This document shows positions 18,629-27,552 of a stretch of 64,000 nt of DNA, piece by piece. This stretch comes from a bacterium. GTDB taxonomy: Bacteria; Patescibacteriota; Patescibacteriia; UBA9570. A program made the position numbers and the translations under genes. The stretch is from assembly GCA_030698395.1 (NCBI GenBank), contig JAUYKW010000026.1:12797-76796 (forward strand), given 5' to 3'. The stretch's first letter is position 1. The number at the start of each line of letters is the position of its first letter. Under the pieces are notes generated by a model that worked only from the letters and a program-made list of their open reading frames with translations, searched no databases and was not told the DNA's origin.

Positions 18629-19333
18629 ATGGTCTACATGACTAACTCTAAAGATAAAACTAAGCAGAAAGAAAACGCACTGATCAACATTGTGATTAAT
18701 ATTGTAATTCCATCAATTATCTTGATGAAATTTAGTGGCGATCAACAATTGGGTCCGGCTTATGGATTAATTATCGCCCTCTTATTTCCTTTTGGCTATG
18801 GCGTTTATGATTTTATCAAACGAAAAAAATATAATTTTATTTCTATACTAGGAATTATTAGTATATTTCTAACTGGTGGTATAGGATTATTACATTTAGA
18901 TATTAAATGGATTGCAGTAAAAGAAGCTGCTGTACCACTCATTATTGGACTGGCGATTTTATTTTCTACAAGAACAAAGTTTTCTTTTGTAGAAAAACTT
19001 CTAGCTGAAATGTTAGATATGGAAAAAATTAATACCTCACTCAAGCTCCATAAAGCAGAATTTGCTTATAAAAAACGCATGAAAATTGTGAATTATTTAA
19101 TAGTAGGATCCTTCATGCTATCAGCAACACTAAATTATATTCTAGCCAAAGTAATTGTTATTAGCCCTTCCGGTACACCAGAGTTTACTGCAGAACTAGG
19201 AAAATTAACTGCTCTTAGTTACCCGGTAATTGCTCTGCCATCGACCATTGTAATGATAGTAGCATTAGTATATTTGATTACCGGCATCACAAAAATTACT
19301 GATTTGGAAATTGAAGATTTGGTTAGTAAATAA
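18629..19333 (+). CDS. membrane protein (6 TM), unknown function
   Basis: Hydrophobic profile. Confidence 0.5.
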   Translation: MVYMTNSKDKTKQKENALINIVINIVIPSIILMKFSGDQQLGPAYGLIIALLFPFGYGVYDFIKRKKYNFISILGIISIFLTGGIGLLHLDIKWIAVKEAAVPLIIGLAILFSTRTKFSFVEKLLAEMLDMEKINTSLKLHKAEFAYKKRMKIVNYLIVGSFMLSATLNYILAKVIVISPSGTPEFTAELGKLTALSYPVIALPSTIVMIVALVYLITGITKITDLEIEDLVSK

Positions 19334-19347
19334 AAATGATTGTAAAT

Positions 19348-19387
19348 AAATAAGTAGAGACATGCCATGGCATGTCTCTACTTATTT
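19348..19387. repeat. 40-bp perfect REP-like palindrome AAATAAGTAGAGACATGCCATGGCATGTCTCTACTTATTT
   Basis: Perfect dyad verified base by base. It lies between convergent genes. Confidence 0.7.
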
Positions 19388-19416
19388 TACGTTAGATCTT
19401 TTTAGGTAGCGTAATA

Positions 19417-19992
19417 TTACAATCCTAGAAACACCCTCGCATATCCTACGGCTGTAGGATGTATACCAGCAAAGCCAGTTGCTAATGCTATAGCATCATC
19501 GTTGCCGTTATTATTCACATCTCCACATAAAATTAATGTTCCAAACAAACCATTTGAAATGGAAGATTTTTTATTTGACATTAATTTCGTTTTAAGCGAA
19601 TATTTAGCCACACTTTTTTCGAAATATGCCACCGCTTGTGTGATTCCTGTAAAGGAAACACCTAATGAGAGGACAGAGAGGTGATATTTTACAGAACATT
19701 GAGAGTCAGTGAAGCTACGGCTGCTTGGGCATACGGCATGGCCAGGCTCCGAACCCGTAAGCGAGAAACAGTCATCAATCCGAGGGACAACATCAGCACC
19801 TGCACGATCCACCGATCCGGACCGTCTAGTGCCGTCCTGATGCAGATCCCAAGGAGAAGAAACGCAACTCCGGTACGGTACCACCTGCACCTTCGAGTGT
19901 ACTCCCACCGTGGAGAACTGCTGGTGCGGAGTATTCTGGCCGACAGCGCCAGAAGCATTCCGAAAGTGAGGAGGAACAAGACCCGAGAACAT
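19417..19992 (-). CDS. uncertain chimeric ORF: AT-rich 3' part (dockerin/FG-GAP-like GDVNNNGNDD) fused to a high-GC 5' part
   Basis: Composition switches abruptly around 19650. The high-GC part (19680-20040) has overlapping ORFs on both strands. Confidence 0.25.
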   Translation of the reverse strand: MFSGLVPPHFRNASGAVGQNTPHQQFSTVGVHSKVQVVPYRSCVSSPWDLHQDGTRRSGSVDRAGADVVPRIDDCFSLTGSEPGHAVCPSSRSFTDSQCSVKYHLSVLSLGVSFTGITQAVAYFEKSVAKYSLKTKLMSNKKSSISNGLFGTLILCGDVNNNGNDDAIALATGFAGIHPTAVGYARVFLGL

Positions 19993-20043
19993 CCTGCACC
20001 AATGGATTTCTCGGGTCGTGTTCTTATTTGCTATAATTAAGGC

Positions 20044-20694
20044 ATGATATTTAAAAACCGTGTAGACGCCGGAAAAAAATTAGCTACCGCTCTGACTGAT
20101 TATAAAAATCAAAAAGATACTATGGTTGTAGCTCTACCCAGAGGAGGGGTGATATTAGGCTATGAAGTTGCAAATAAATTAAACTGCCCACTAGATATTG
20201 TAGTGCCACGCAAAATAGGTGCACCCGGAAATGAAGAATTCGCAATCGGAGCAATCGCCGAAGATGGAGAAGGTTTTTTTGATGACAACACGATTTACAG
20301 CTCCAACGTATCACAAGAATACATCGATAAAACTGTAAAAACAGAAAAAGTAGAAGCAAATCGTAGACTTGTCACCTACCGAGGAAATCGTCCACCACTA
20401 GACTTAACAGACAAAACAGCAATCATTGTAGATGATGGCATAGCAACTGGATACACCATGCTAGCAGCAATTGAATCTGTAAAAATAAAAAATGCAAAAA
20501 AAATTATTGTAGCTGTACCAGTAACTGCCAAGGATTCTATAGAAACAATTATACCCAAAGTTGATGAAGTTATTTACCTAGATGCCCCAATCTTCTTTGG
20601 TGCAGTTGGTATGTTCTATACCGAGTTTAACCAAACTACAGACGAAGAAGTAATCGCTTTATTGCAAAAAGCTCAAAAGCTCTCTACCACGTAA
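20044..20694 (+). CDS. phosphoribosyltransferase-family protein
   Basis: IIVDDGIATGYTM PRPP-binding motif. Confidence 0.7.
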   Translation: MIFKNRVDAGKKLATALTDYKNQKDTMVVALPRGGVILGYEVANKLNCPLDIVVPRKIGAPGNEEFAIGAIAEDGEGFFDDNTIYSSNVSQEYIDKTVKTEKVEANRRLVTYRGNRPPLDLTDKTAIIVDDGIATGYTMLAAIESVKIKNAKKIIVAVPVTAKDSIETIIPKVDEVIYLDAPIFFGAVGMFYTEFNQTTDEEVIALLQKAQKLSTT

Positions 20695-20701
20695 TTGCTT
20701 A

Positions 20702-22030
20702 TTACTTTTTTCTTAAATCTTTATACCACCGCCACACTGGCTTATTGGTAAAATCTTCCTGGAGTAATCCAAAATAGGCCTCATAAGCATCTAGATATGT
20801 CCGATCCCGGATAGTATATAGCAGAATAGGGCGAGTGTATTTATATGAACGCAACAATTTAACAGCCTGCTTTGTATATCGTCGTACTAATGTATCATCT
20901 ATGCCATACTCTCCAGTGGAACATCCCATTTCGGTAACCCAAATTTTCTCATTCTTGCGATATGTAGAAACTAATCTATTCAATGCTTCCCAATCCATCT
21001 GCAATCTTCCTAAATCTTCTCCATCGTCTCGAAATTCATCACAGTAATATAAATGTACGTTCAACTCATCGAAATATGGTTTACCTTCTTCGTACATCTG
21101 CTTAATAAAATCCTGATCATTGATATTTGCAATCGCTCCATTTAAAACTATGGCATCTTTATCATATTTCCTAATTACTCTGGATCCAACTTTTAAAATT
21201 GGCTTATATGTTTTCCAATTATTTGGCGTCATATAATCTGGGCTATCTGGTTCGTTCCAGATTTCCCAAACATCAACGTAATTACGATATCTTTTTACAA
21301 CCTTTGTTACATAACGCTGCCATTTTTCTTTTCCGGGAGGATGATGCTCGTTACTCGCTTCACCATATGCTAACATTCCAACTACTCGCATGTTTCTATC
21401 CTTATACTTCAACATTGTTTGATCGTATCTTTTTAACCAAGCACTAGAATCGTCTCCCATGATTAACTTATAACTAAAATGCTCCCGTGCCCATTTTGTA
21501 TTAGAGCTATCAAGCTTACTCGCAAATTGTTCATCGTCATTTGCATTACTTCCCAACGCCCAATGAACATTTAACCCCACAGTTCTCTTGGTAGACTTTT
21601 TTACATGAGGAGTATGATTCAGATATCTTTTTACGCGTTGTTTTTTATAGCTTCCTAAAAAAGGATCAAAAATCTGAATTTTTTTATCTGCGATTACAAC
21701 AGGTTCACCAGTATTCTTTATTACAAGTTCGTATGTTGCATTACGTCGCTCCAACAAAGAATGATCAACAGTAATAGTGATATTCATGCCAGTGGAATTT
21801 CCGGCAATACTTGTAGCTTCAAACGGCCCTAACCAAACTGAAACATCACCACCTAATAAATAATTAAAATTCTCACCATAAATTGCAAAAGTTGAGCTGT
21901 ATGGTTCTGTTTCTATTACAGATATAAAATCTGTAGAATAAGAATCTACCACTGGCAATACTTCCTGCGCCGATGCCATAACAGGTAAAAATATAATGAA
22001 TGATGCTATTGCTAATATAATATTTTTCAT
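20702..22030 (-). CDS. secreted clan GH-A (GH5-like) glycoside hydrolase, paralog-type of the 9561 gene
   Basis: Signal peptide, VWEIWNEPDSP and IWVTEMGCS. Confidence 0.7.
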   Translation of the reverse strand: MKNIILAIASFIIFLPVMASAQEVLPVVDSYSTDFISVIETEPYSSTFAIYGENFNYLLGGDVSVWLGPFEATSIAGNSTGMNITITVDHSLLERRNATYELVIKNTGEPVVIADKKIQIFDPFLGSYKKQRVKRYLNHTPHVKKSTKRTVGLNVHWALGSNANDDEQFASKLDSSNTKWAREHFSYKLIMGDDSSAWLKRYDQTMLKYKDRNMRVVGMLAYGEASNEHHPPGKEKWQRYVTKVVKRYRNYVDVWEIWNEPDSPDYMTPNNWKTYKPILKVGSRVIRKYDKDAIVLNGAIANINDQDFIKQMYEEGKPYFDELNVHLYYCDEFRDDGEDLGRLQMDWEALNRLVSTYRKNEKIWVTEMGCSTGEYGIDDTLVRRYTKQAVKLLRSYKYTRPILLYTIRDRTYLDAYEAYFGLLQEDFTNKPVWRWYKDLRKK

Positions 22031-22136
22031 GAGTATAACAGTATACCGTTCTTTTAGAGACTAATCAATTGTAATCTCTACAAGGACGGATCGAACATGA
22101 ACATGATAAATTATCAGTGGTTGTACGCCCTGGATC

Positions 22137-22547
22137 CTACTGTTTCATTCCCACCTGGATCGCATCAACCACATCCTGATGCATCAACGGTCCCTCCGCC
22201 AAGCCAGCATACACACCCTTGCAGAACTGAATCTCCAGTTCATGAAGAGCAACTCTCAAAATCAGGCTCAGCTCGTAATCATAGATCTGCGTCAGATCTG
22301 GGAATTGCGGGATACCCCATCGACTATCCAACTTCCCCGAGAATGGATTAGTGCCCGTCAGGTTGATATGATCCGTAATCACCATCAGCCGGTGTGGCTG
22401 AAAGGATGCATTGGTGAGTACCAACACCGAGGCACCCCACAACCGCATGACCCGTACTGCATGCACCACGACGTTCGCGAAATGACCTTCGTACAGATGC
22501 ACTCGACCACTGAGAACGACCACTGCGACATCATATGGCCTAATCAT
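22137..22547 (-). pseudogene. truncated purine nucleoside phosphorylase (PNP/MTAP family) fragment, high-GC
   Basis: VLVLTNAS...ITDHINLTGTNPFSG...GVYAGLAEGP match the PNP core. Both the N- and C-terminal regions are absent, leaving 136 aa against an expected roughly 270. Confidence 0.5.
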
Positions 22548-22644
22548 TGTCTATCCCATCCTGTATTATTGATGAACATTAAGGTTAGCTCGATAATATT
22601 ATAGAAAAACTTAATTCAGGTCAATTTATTTTCCTAACCAATTC

Positions 22645-23229
22645 ATGTACACTGTATTGATGAGTAAATTTTTAGAAGACCTCCAAGCAGAAGGCCGGTG
22701 GCATCAATGGATGCGCAAATATAAAGATTTGATATTTCAACCTTTTGCCAAATTCTGTGTAGTATTAAAAATTTCGCCTTCAGCTGTTACGATAGCTGGT
22801 TTTATATTGGGAATACTTAGTATCTGGTTACTATTCATTAATTACTGGTACTTTGTGCTAGCTATGTTTTTAAGTTTATTTTTAGATGGCGTTGATGGTG
22901 CATTAGCTAGACACACAAATACAGTATCTAAATTTGGCAAAACTTTCGATTATTACGTTGATACTATATTAATGATCCTCATGTTTAGTGCTTTAACGTT
23001 TTGGTTAGGTGAACCATTATGGATAATTGGCCTTGATATTTATGGATTAGTTTTCTTATCGAACATGATAGCAGGTTCTCCTTTACGACCAGTTCCAGGC
23101 AGAACAGCAATGCTAATTCCTTGCATGTTAGGGTTACCGAAAGTTGGATTATTTCTACTATCTTTGTACGGTATAACTATGGCCATTGCTTTAACAAGGC
23201 ATTTACTAACAAAACAGACAAAAATGTAA
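22645..23229 (+). CDS. CDP-alcohol phosphatidyltransferase family protein
   Basis: LDGVDGALARHTN...G...DYYVD signature. Confidence 0.75.
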   Translation: MYTVLMSKFLEDLQAEGRWHQWMRKYKDLIFQPFAKFCVVLKISPSAVTIAGFILGILSIWLLFINYWYFVLAMFLSLFLDGVDGALARHTNTVSKFGKTFDYYVDTILMILMFSALTFWLGEPLWIIGLDIYGLVFLSNMIAGSPLRPVPGRTAMLIPCMLGLPKVGLFLLSLYGITMAIALTRHLLTKQTKM

Positions 23230-23258
23230 GGACATGCCATGGCGTGTCCTTACATTTT
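23221..23258. repeat. REP-like palindrome AAAATGTAAGGACATGCCATGGCGTGTCCTTACATTTT (1 mismatch) followed by T-run
   Basis: Shares the GACATGCCATGGC core with the other copies. It lies between convergent genes. Confidence 0.6.
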
Positions 23259-23813
23259 TTGATAAATAAAGATTTTTTCTTTTTTATGATCAATTCTTTC
23301 TTTTGAAAAATACTTTTCTGCATCCTGTGGTAGTTCAAACATATTGCTTACAATTATACAACCAGGTTTACACTCTTTAATAAACTTTTCTGAAATTTTT
23401 GGCATCAATTTAGGAATCCAAAATCCAACAATTGCATCTGCATCGCTGATTGGATACATAAACATATCACCTTGTTCAATTTTTGGTTTACTTTTTGCTA
23501 ACAAAAATCGCAACCTTGCAATTCGTGCTAAATTAGAACTTATTTCCACTCCAAAAAACTCTGCATCTTTATACTTTTTCCTTAAGCCAGAAATTAAGAC
23601 ACCATCACCACAACCAAGATCAACAATATTTTTTTTATTTTTCAAAACTCCAGACTCAATAATCAAATTAACTACCTTTTGTTGAGTTGGTACAAATGGT
23701 AGGGGCCGATTATATAAAAAAATAATTGGTAGCACTCTCCATATTATTCCTAACAATGCTATTAGCAAAACACATTGTAATACGATATAAATCCAGATTA
23801 TTACGTTTGGCAT
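23250..23813 (-). CDS. class I SAM-dependent methyltransferase with N-terminal TM segment
   Basis: VDLGCGDGVLI motif I. Confidence 0.7.
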   Translation of the reverse strand: MPNVIIWIYIVLQCVLLIALLGIIWRVLPIIFLYNRPLPFVPTQQKVVNLIIESGVLKNKKNIVDLGCGDGVLISGLRKKYKDAEFFGVEISSNLARIARLRFLLAKSKPKIEQGDMFMYPISDADAIVGFWIPKLMPKISEKFIKECKPGCIIVSNMFELPQDAEKYFSKERIDHKKEKIFIYQKM

Positions 23814-23935
23814 AGTAATAGCATAACATACCTAAAAACATTGACTAGGTAATCCAAAACTAGTAATGTGTTGGGCACGATCTGTACATTTCACCGCCCA
23901 AATATTACAAAAGGGCACAAACCGAGAGGATTCTC

Positions 23936-25111
23936 ATGGGTACCCAGCACGTTAGTCGCAATGTCATCATCGTCGGCGATTCTCCCAACAAGAACGCTGG
24001 CGAACATCATCCCTTCACCATGGTAGACGGAGCCATCTACCACACTGACATGGTCGGCATCGATCCCCGAGCCAGCGCCGTCAACTACGGCCTCGCACGC
24101 ATCTCCGGCTATGGAGCCTGGCGCCGTCCCGAGGACGATACGCACTGGATGTTCCGCCCGGAAGACCACATGACGCGCATTCACCAGAACGCTTTGGCCA
24201 TTCCCGTTCTGGGAGATTTCCCGAGCACAAACATGCTCGTAGACTGGTCCATAACCAGTCTGGGCCTCGGCATCCCTCACCTCACGCGGGCCAAGGACGT
24301 CTACGGACGGACGCTAGTGGTGCAGGGTGGCGTCGCTCTCGGTGTTGGAACCCGCGGTCACGGCCACGTGATCAACTTCACGCGAGACCTGACAGAATAT
24401 GTTCCGGCTGAAGGGCTGGATCTGCTGTTCCCTGGCATGCTCTGTCGCCGACCCAACATTTTCATGGGTCGCCCCTTCGAAAAGGCGGCCGGCAACTACG
24501 ACTTGGCCCACTTCTGGAAAGGCGTCGTTGCCAAGGGACTAGGCTTCAACGAAATTCTGATGCTCAACTGGAACGGCACCGAAATCGCCGAGACCAGTGG
24601 TAGCATCCCGGTAGCCATCGTCCGCCTGTCGGACAAGAAAATTCAGATGCGTGTGCCACGCCTGGAATCCGGCCGACTGAATTCGATCACCACTGACACA
24701 CTCATCTACTTGGCCCATAAGCTGGGCTGGGAAGTAATCGTGAACCAACGCCTGACATTGGATCACCTGATCCATGCGGACGAACTCTGGGTGGCTGGTT
24801 CCTGGAGTGGTCTTGCTAGTGTGAGGAACATTAGCTTGGACCAACGCTGGATGCGTGAAGCACCCATCCTTCCACCTGAGATCTTCAGAGACGGAGTAGG
24901 GCCGGCATACAAAGCGTGGCTGGATGAAAATTTTCAGCCCGTGAATGCTCGCAAACTGGGCTGGACCCCTTCCTTCGCACCTGGTCCACTCGGTACTCAG
25001 CTCCGCGAACTCTACTGGGGCGTGGTGCGCAACCGCCCAGAATTCCGGCGCATCGATCGTCCCAGCAACTGGAATGTCAAGGTGAACCCGATCGTCCCAA
25101 ACACGGAATAA
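23936..25111 (+). CDS. aminotransferase class IV (BCAT/D-amino-acid aminotransferase fold)-like protein, high-GC
   Basis: FRPEDHMTRIHQNA, NWNGTEIAETSGS, ITTDTLIYLAHKLGWEV and ADELWVAGS resemble fold-type IV PLP enzymes. GC is roughly 58 percent, against about one-third in the backbone. Confidence 0.5.
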   Translation: MGTQHVSRNVIIVGDSPNKNAGEHHPFTMVDGAIYHTDMVGIDPRASAVNYGLARISGYGAWRRPEDDTHWMFRPEDHMTRIHQNALAIPVLGDFPSTNMLVDWSITSLGLGIPHLTRAKDVYGRTLVVQGGVALGVGTRGHGHVINFTRDLTEYVPAEGLDLLFPGMLCRRPNIFMGRPFEKAAGNYDLAHFWKGVVAKGLGFNEILMLNWNGTEIAETSGSIPVAIVRLSDKKIQMRVPRLESGRLNSITTDTLIYLAHKLGWEVIVNQRLTLDHLIHADELWVAGSWSGLASVRNISLDQRWMREAPILPPEIFRDGVGPAYKAWLDENFQPVNARKLGWTPSFAPGPLGTQLRELYWGVVRNRPEFRRIDRPSNWNVKVNPIVPNTE

Positions 25112-25258
25112 AGATCTAGGAGGACACCTGGAGCCACGTACCAATGTACGTAGCAACAGGTGGGGGAAATTGTTATGCATGCATAACGTTTCCCCGCCTC
25201 CCCAATGGTTATTAGCTACTTAATAGCTATCGGTGAGAATCAAAATAACTTAAATAAA

Positions 25259-25296
25259 AAACAGTAGAGACATTCCATGGCATGTCTCTACTGTTT
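25259..25296. repeat. REP-like palindrome AACAGTAGAGACATTCCATGGCATGTCTCTACTGTT (1 mismatch)
   Basis: Lies between convergent genes. Same family as the 19348 copy. Confidence 0.65.
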
Positions 25297-25330
25297 ATCA
25301 TGTCCCTACTTTATAAATTTCTCTATCTAA

Positions 25331-26392
25331 TTATTCATTATACTGTGCCGCTCTTGATTCCGGTCTTCTATCTTTATGTGGCATAGCTGCTCTAGCATCT
25401 CTAGGGCTCATAGCATTTGAACCTCTTGAAGTTTTTCTTGATACACCTTTATGTTTTCCTGCTAAATAGGTTTCTAACTTACCAACTGCATCAGCTCTAT
25501 TCTCTGGATCATCTAAATTTCTAGATAGTTGTTCTTTATATCGTAAATCATTTTCAACTGTATCAGTATCATCTATTGGATACCCATTAGCATCCATTTT
25601 TTCTCCAGCTATTGGCACTACTTCACCCGTCAATTCTCCATATGCAGTATTCCAATTTTCTCCAGCAAACTGAAGACTTGCCGCAACTGCATAAGCCTCT
25701 CTTGCAGCTTTAGCTCTTCGTATATTAACTTCAGAATTAGAATCAAGTACAGCTTGGCCAGCTTTCGCTAACTCCTGTCTTAACTGTACAACTGTTTCTG
25801 CTTGAGCTTTTACAAAATTTGCTTGCTCTTCTAAAAGTGAATTCGTTTCAACTGCTTCTGAAGTTCGAACTTCTCGTATTCCACTTGCTGCATTTTCTCG
25901 TACTACATCTTCACTTACTCTACTAGCAAAATCTGATCCTGCTGACTCTGGACTAGCTGATGGACCTGCATCAGTCTCTATTTCATCTTCATTAATTGCT
26001 TCCATAATTCCTTTATCAAGCACTTTCAATTCCCTAACAGCGCCTTGAAATAAAGAATATGCTTCATCCCTAGCCTGCTTTGCAGCAGTAACTGCTTCTT
26101 CATATTGTGTTAAATCCCCACTCCCAGAAAATTTACTTGATTCATCCAAAATAGATTGAGCTACAACTAGATTTTCATTTTCCGCATCATAGCCAGCTTT
26201 CAAGCTATCAATTTTCGTTATTAATGCAGCTCTTTGTTCTCCTGCAGATACTTGTGCCGATTCATCACCATCTCTGGCACCTTGCATCATCACATCTTCT
26301 CTAGATCTACTAACTGGCATTCCAGAATCTCTACGAGGTTCTGCTGGAGTAGTTGGCATTTTTAATCTTGGTTCTCTCTTTGGTTCTCCCAT
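25331..26392 (-). CDS. acidic, low-complexity, predicted coiled-coil hypothetical protein
   Basis: No TM segment and no recognisable domain. Ala/Glu-rich. Confidence 0.45.
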   Translation of the reverse strand: MGEPKREPRLKMPTTPAEPRRDSGMPVSRSREDVMMQGARDGDESAQVSAGEQRAALITKIDSLKAGYDAENENLVVAQSILDESSKFSGSGDLTQYEEAVTAAKQARDEAYSLFQGAVRELKVLDKGIMEAINEDEIETDAGPSASPESAGSDFASRVSEDVVRENAASGIREVRTSEAVETNSLLEEQANFVKAQAETVVQLRQELAKAGQAVLDSNSEVNIRRAKAAREAYAVAASLQFAGENWNTAYGELTGEVVPIAGEKMDANGYPIDDTDTVENDLRYKEQLSRNLDDPENRADAVGKLETYLAGKHKGVSRKTSRGSNAMSPRDARAAMPHKDRRPESRAAQYNE

Positions 26393-26580
26393 ATGTTTAT
26401 AAATCCAATATTTATCAATAAAATTACTAACAAATATACCCTATAATAGGGCTTTTGTCAATACCTAAAGCATAAATAGATAACTTCCGGCCAATAAGAA
26501 CCATATATGATTCGCATTGGGGGAAGACGGAACCAGCTGTTTGAGAGCGTAATTCCGTCTGCCGTGTCCTCCTCACGGCA

Positions 26581-27012
26581 TCATGCCGACTGTTGGCACG
26601 TGAACACGAAGTGCGTCCTGTCCCATTTCACTTCCAGTCTGGTACCGACCTGAATGTTCAGCTCATCTCGAATCCTGCTGGGAATCGTCAAACGACGCTG
26701 ACCGTCCGTATTTACGGGTTCACCAGCGAAGGCCTGAACTCCGTCCAGAATCCGACCAGCCGGCGTCTGGACCATCTCGATCCACTCGGACATAGGAAAC
26801 ACATGGAGTGAACCATCCCGGAACGAAGTCATGTAGAACGTTTCGTCCGGTCCGTACTCTCCGTACAGTGGATTCATGAAGTGATTGGCAAGCATCAGAC
26901 GACCCTTCTGATCGACTGTCGCAGTTCGGACACCAAAAATATAAACACACATCTTGCACATCCTCCTCTTCTGTTGGGTGCAGAAACTCCCAGGGGACGG
27001 GAGTAGTTCCAA
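26581..27012 (-). CDS. MraZ-like protein (orphan, high-GC)
   Basis: Two DxxGR-type motifs (VDQKGRLMLANHF and TDGQRRLTIPSRIRDEL). The likely start is near 26952-26961. It is not adjacent to mraW. Confidence 0.5.
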   Translation of the reverse strand: MELLPSPGSFCTQQKRRMCKMCVYIFGVRTATVDQKGRLMLANHFMNPLYGEYGPDETFYMTSFRDGSLHVFPMSEWIEMVQTPAGRILDGVQAFAGEPVNTDGQRRLTIPSRIRDELNIQVGTRLEVKWDRTHFVFTCQQSA

Positions 27013-27084
27013 GGGATAGGAACGTCGTTGATGCCACAGTGGCCCCTATAGATTAAAGACCATATACGGCCTTGTCAACACAAA

Positions 27085-27549
27085 TTATTCCTCGATAATG
27101 TCGATTGGAATATCCAAAGATTCCTGCAACTCTTGCAATGGAGAACCAAATAATAATCTAGAAAATTTAGAACGATCTCTTTTTGTAATAATAATTCTAT
27201 TAATATCTTTCTCTTGCGTAATTTTTTTAACTTCTGTAATCAAGGAGCCTGTTTTTAATATTTTTTCTGATGCAACACCGCGTTGTTCTGCTAGCTCTGC
27301 AATTTCCAGCAACATCCTATCTCCCCGTTCAATATATTCATCAGCTAACACCTTAGCTACTACCTGACTAGCAGCTCTATCTAAAAAACTATTTTGTTTA
27401 ATATCGGAAATTGCTTCATTTGTAATAACATCATCTACTACAAATAAAATTATCAACTTTGTTTTATCTTGTTCCGCTAAATCTAAAGCTTGTTTAACTG
27501 TAGCTTTAGATTGTCTTAATGTTGATAATACTAATAAATTCATATTCAC
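27085..27549 (-). CDS. universal stress protein (UspA family)
   Basis: Usp fold motifs. It lies adjacent to the permease gene. Confidence 0.75.
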   Translation of the reverse strand: MNMNLLVLSTLRQSKATVKQALDLAEQDKTKLIILFVVDDVITNEAISDIKQNSFLDRAASQVVAKVLADEYIERGDRMLLEIAELAEQRGVASEKILKTGSLITEVKKITQEKDINRIIITKRDRSKFSRLLFGSPLQELQESLDIPIDIIEE

Positions 27550-27552
27550 ATT

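Noticed and set aside
22179-22604. Plus-strand ORF 22179..22604 opposite the PNP fragment; also 23891..24280(-), 24314..24511(-) and 24539..25180(-) opposite the aminotransferase-like gene
   Set aside because: Typical long antisense ORFs in GC-rich DNA. The sense strands carry recognisable enzyme motifs.
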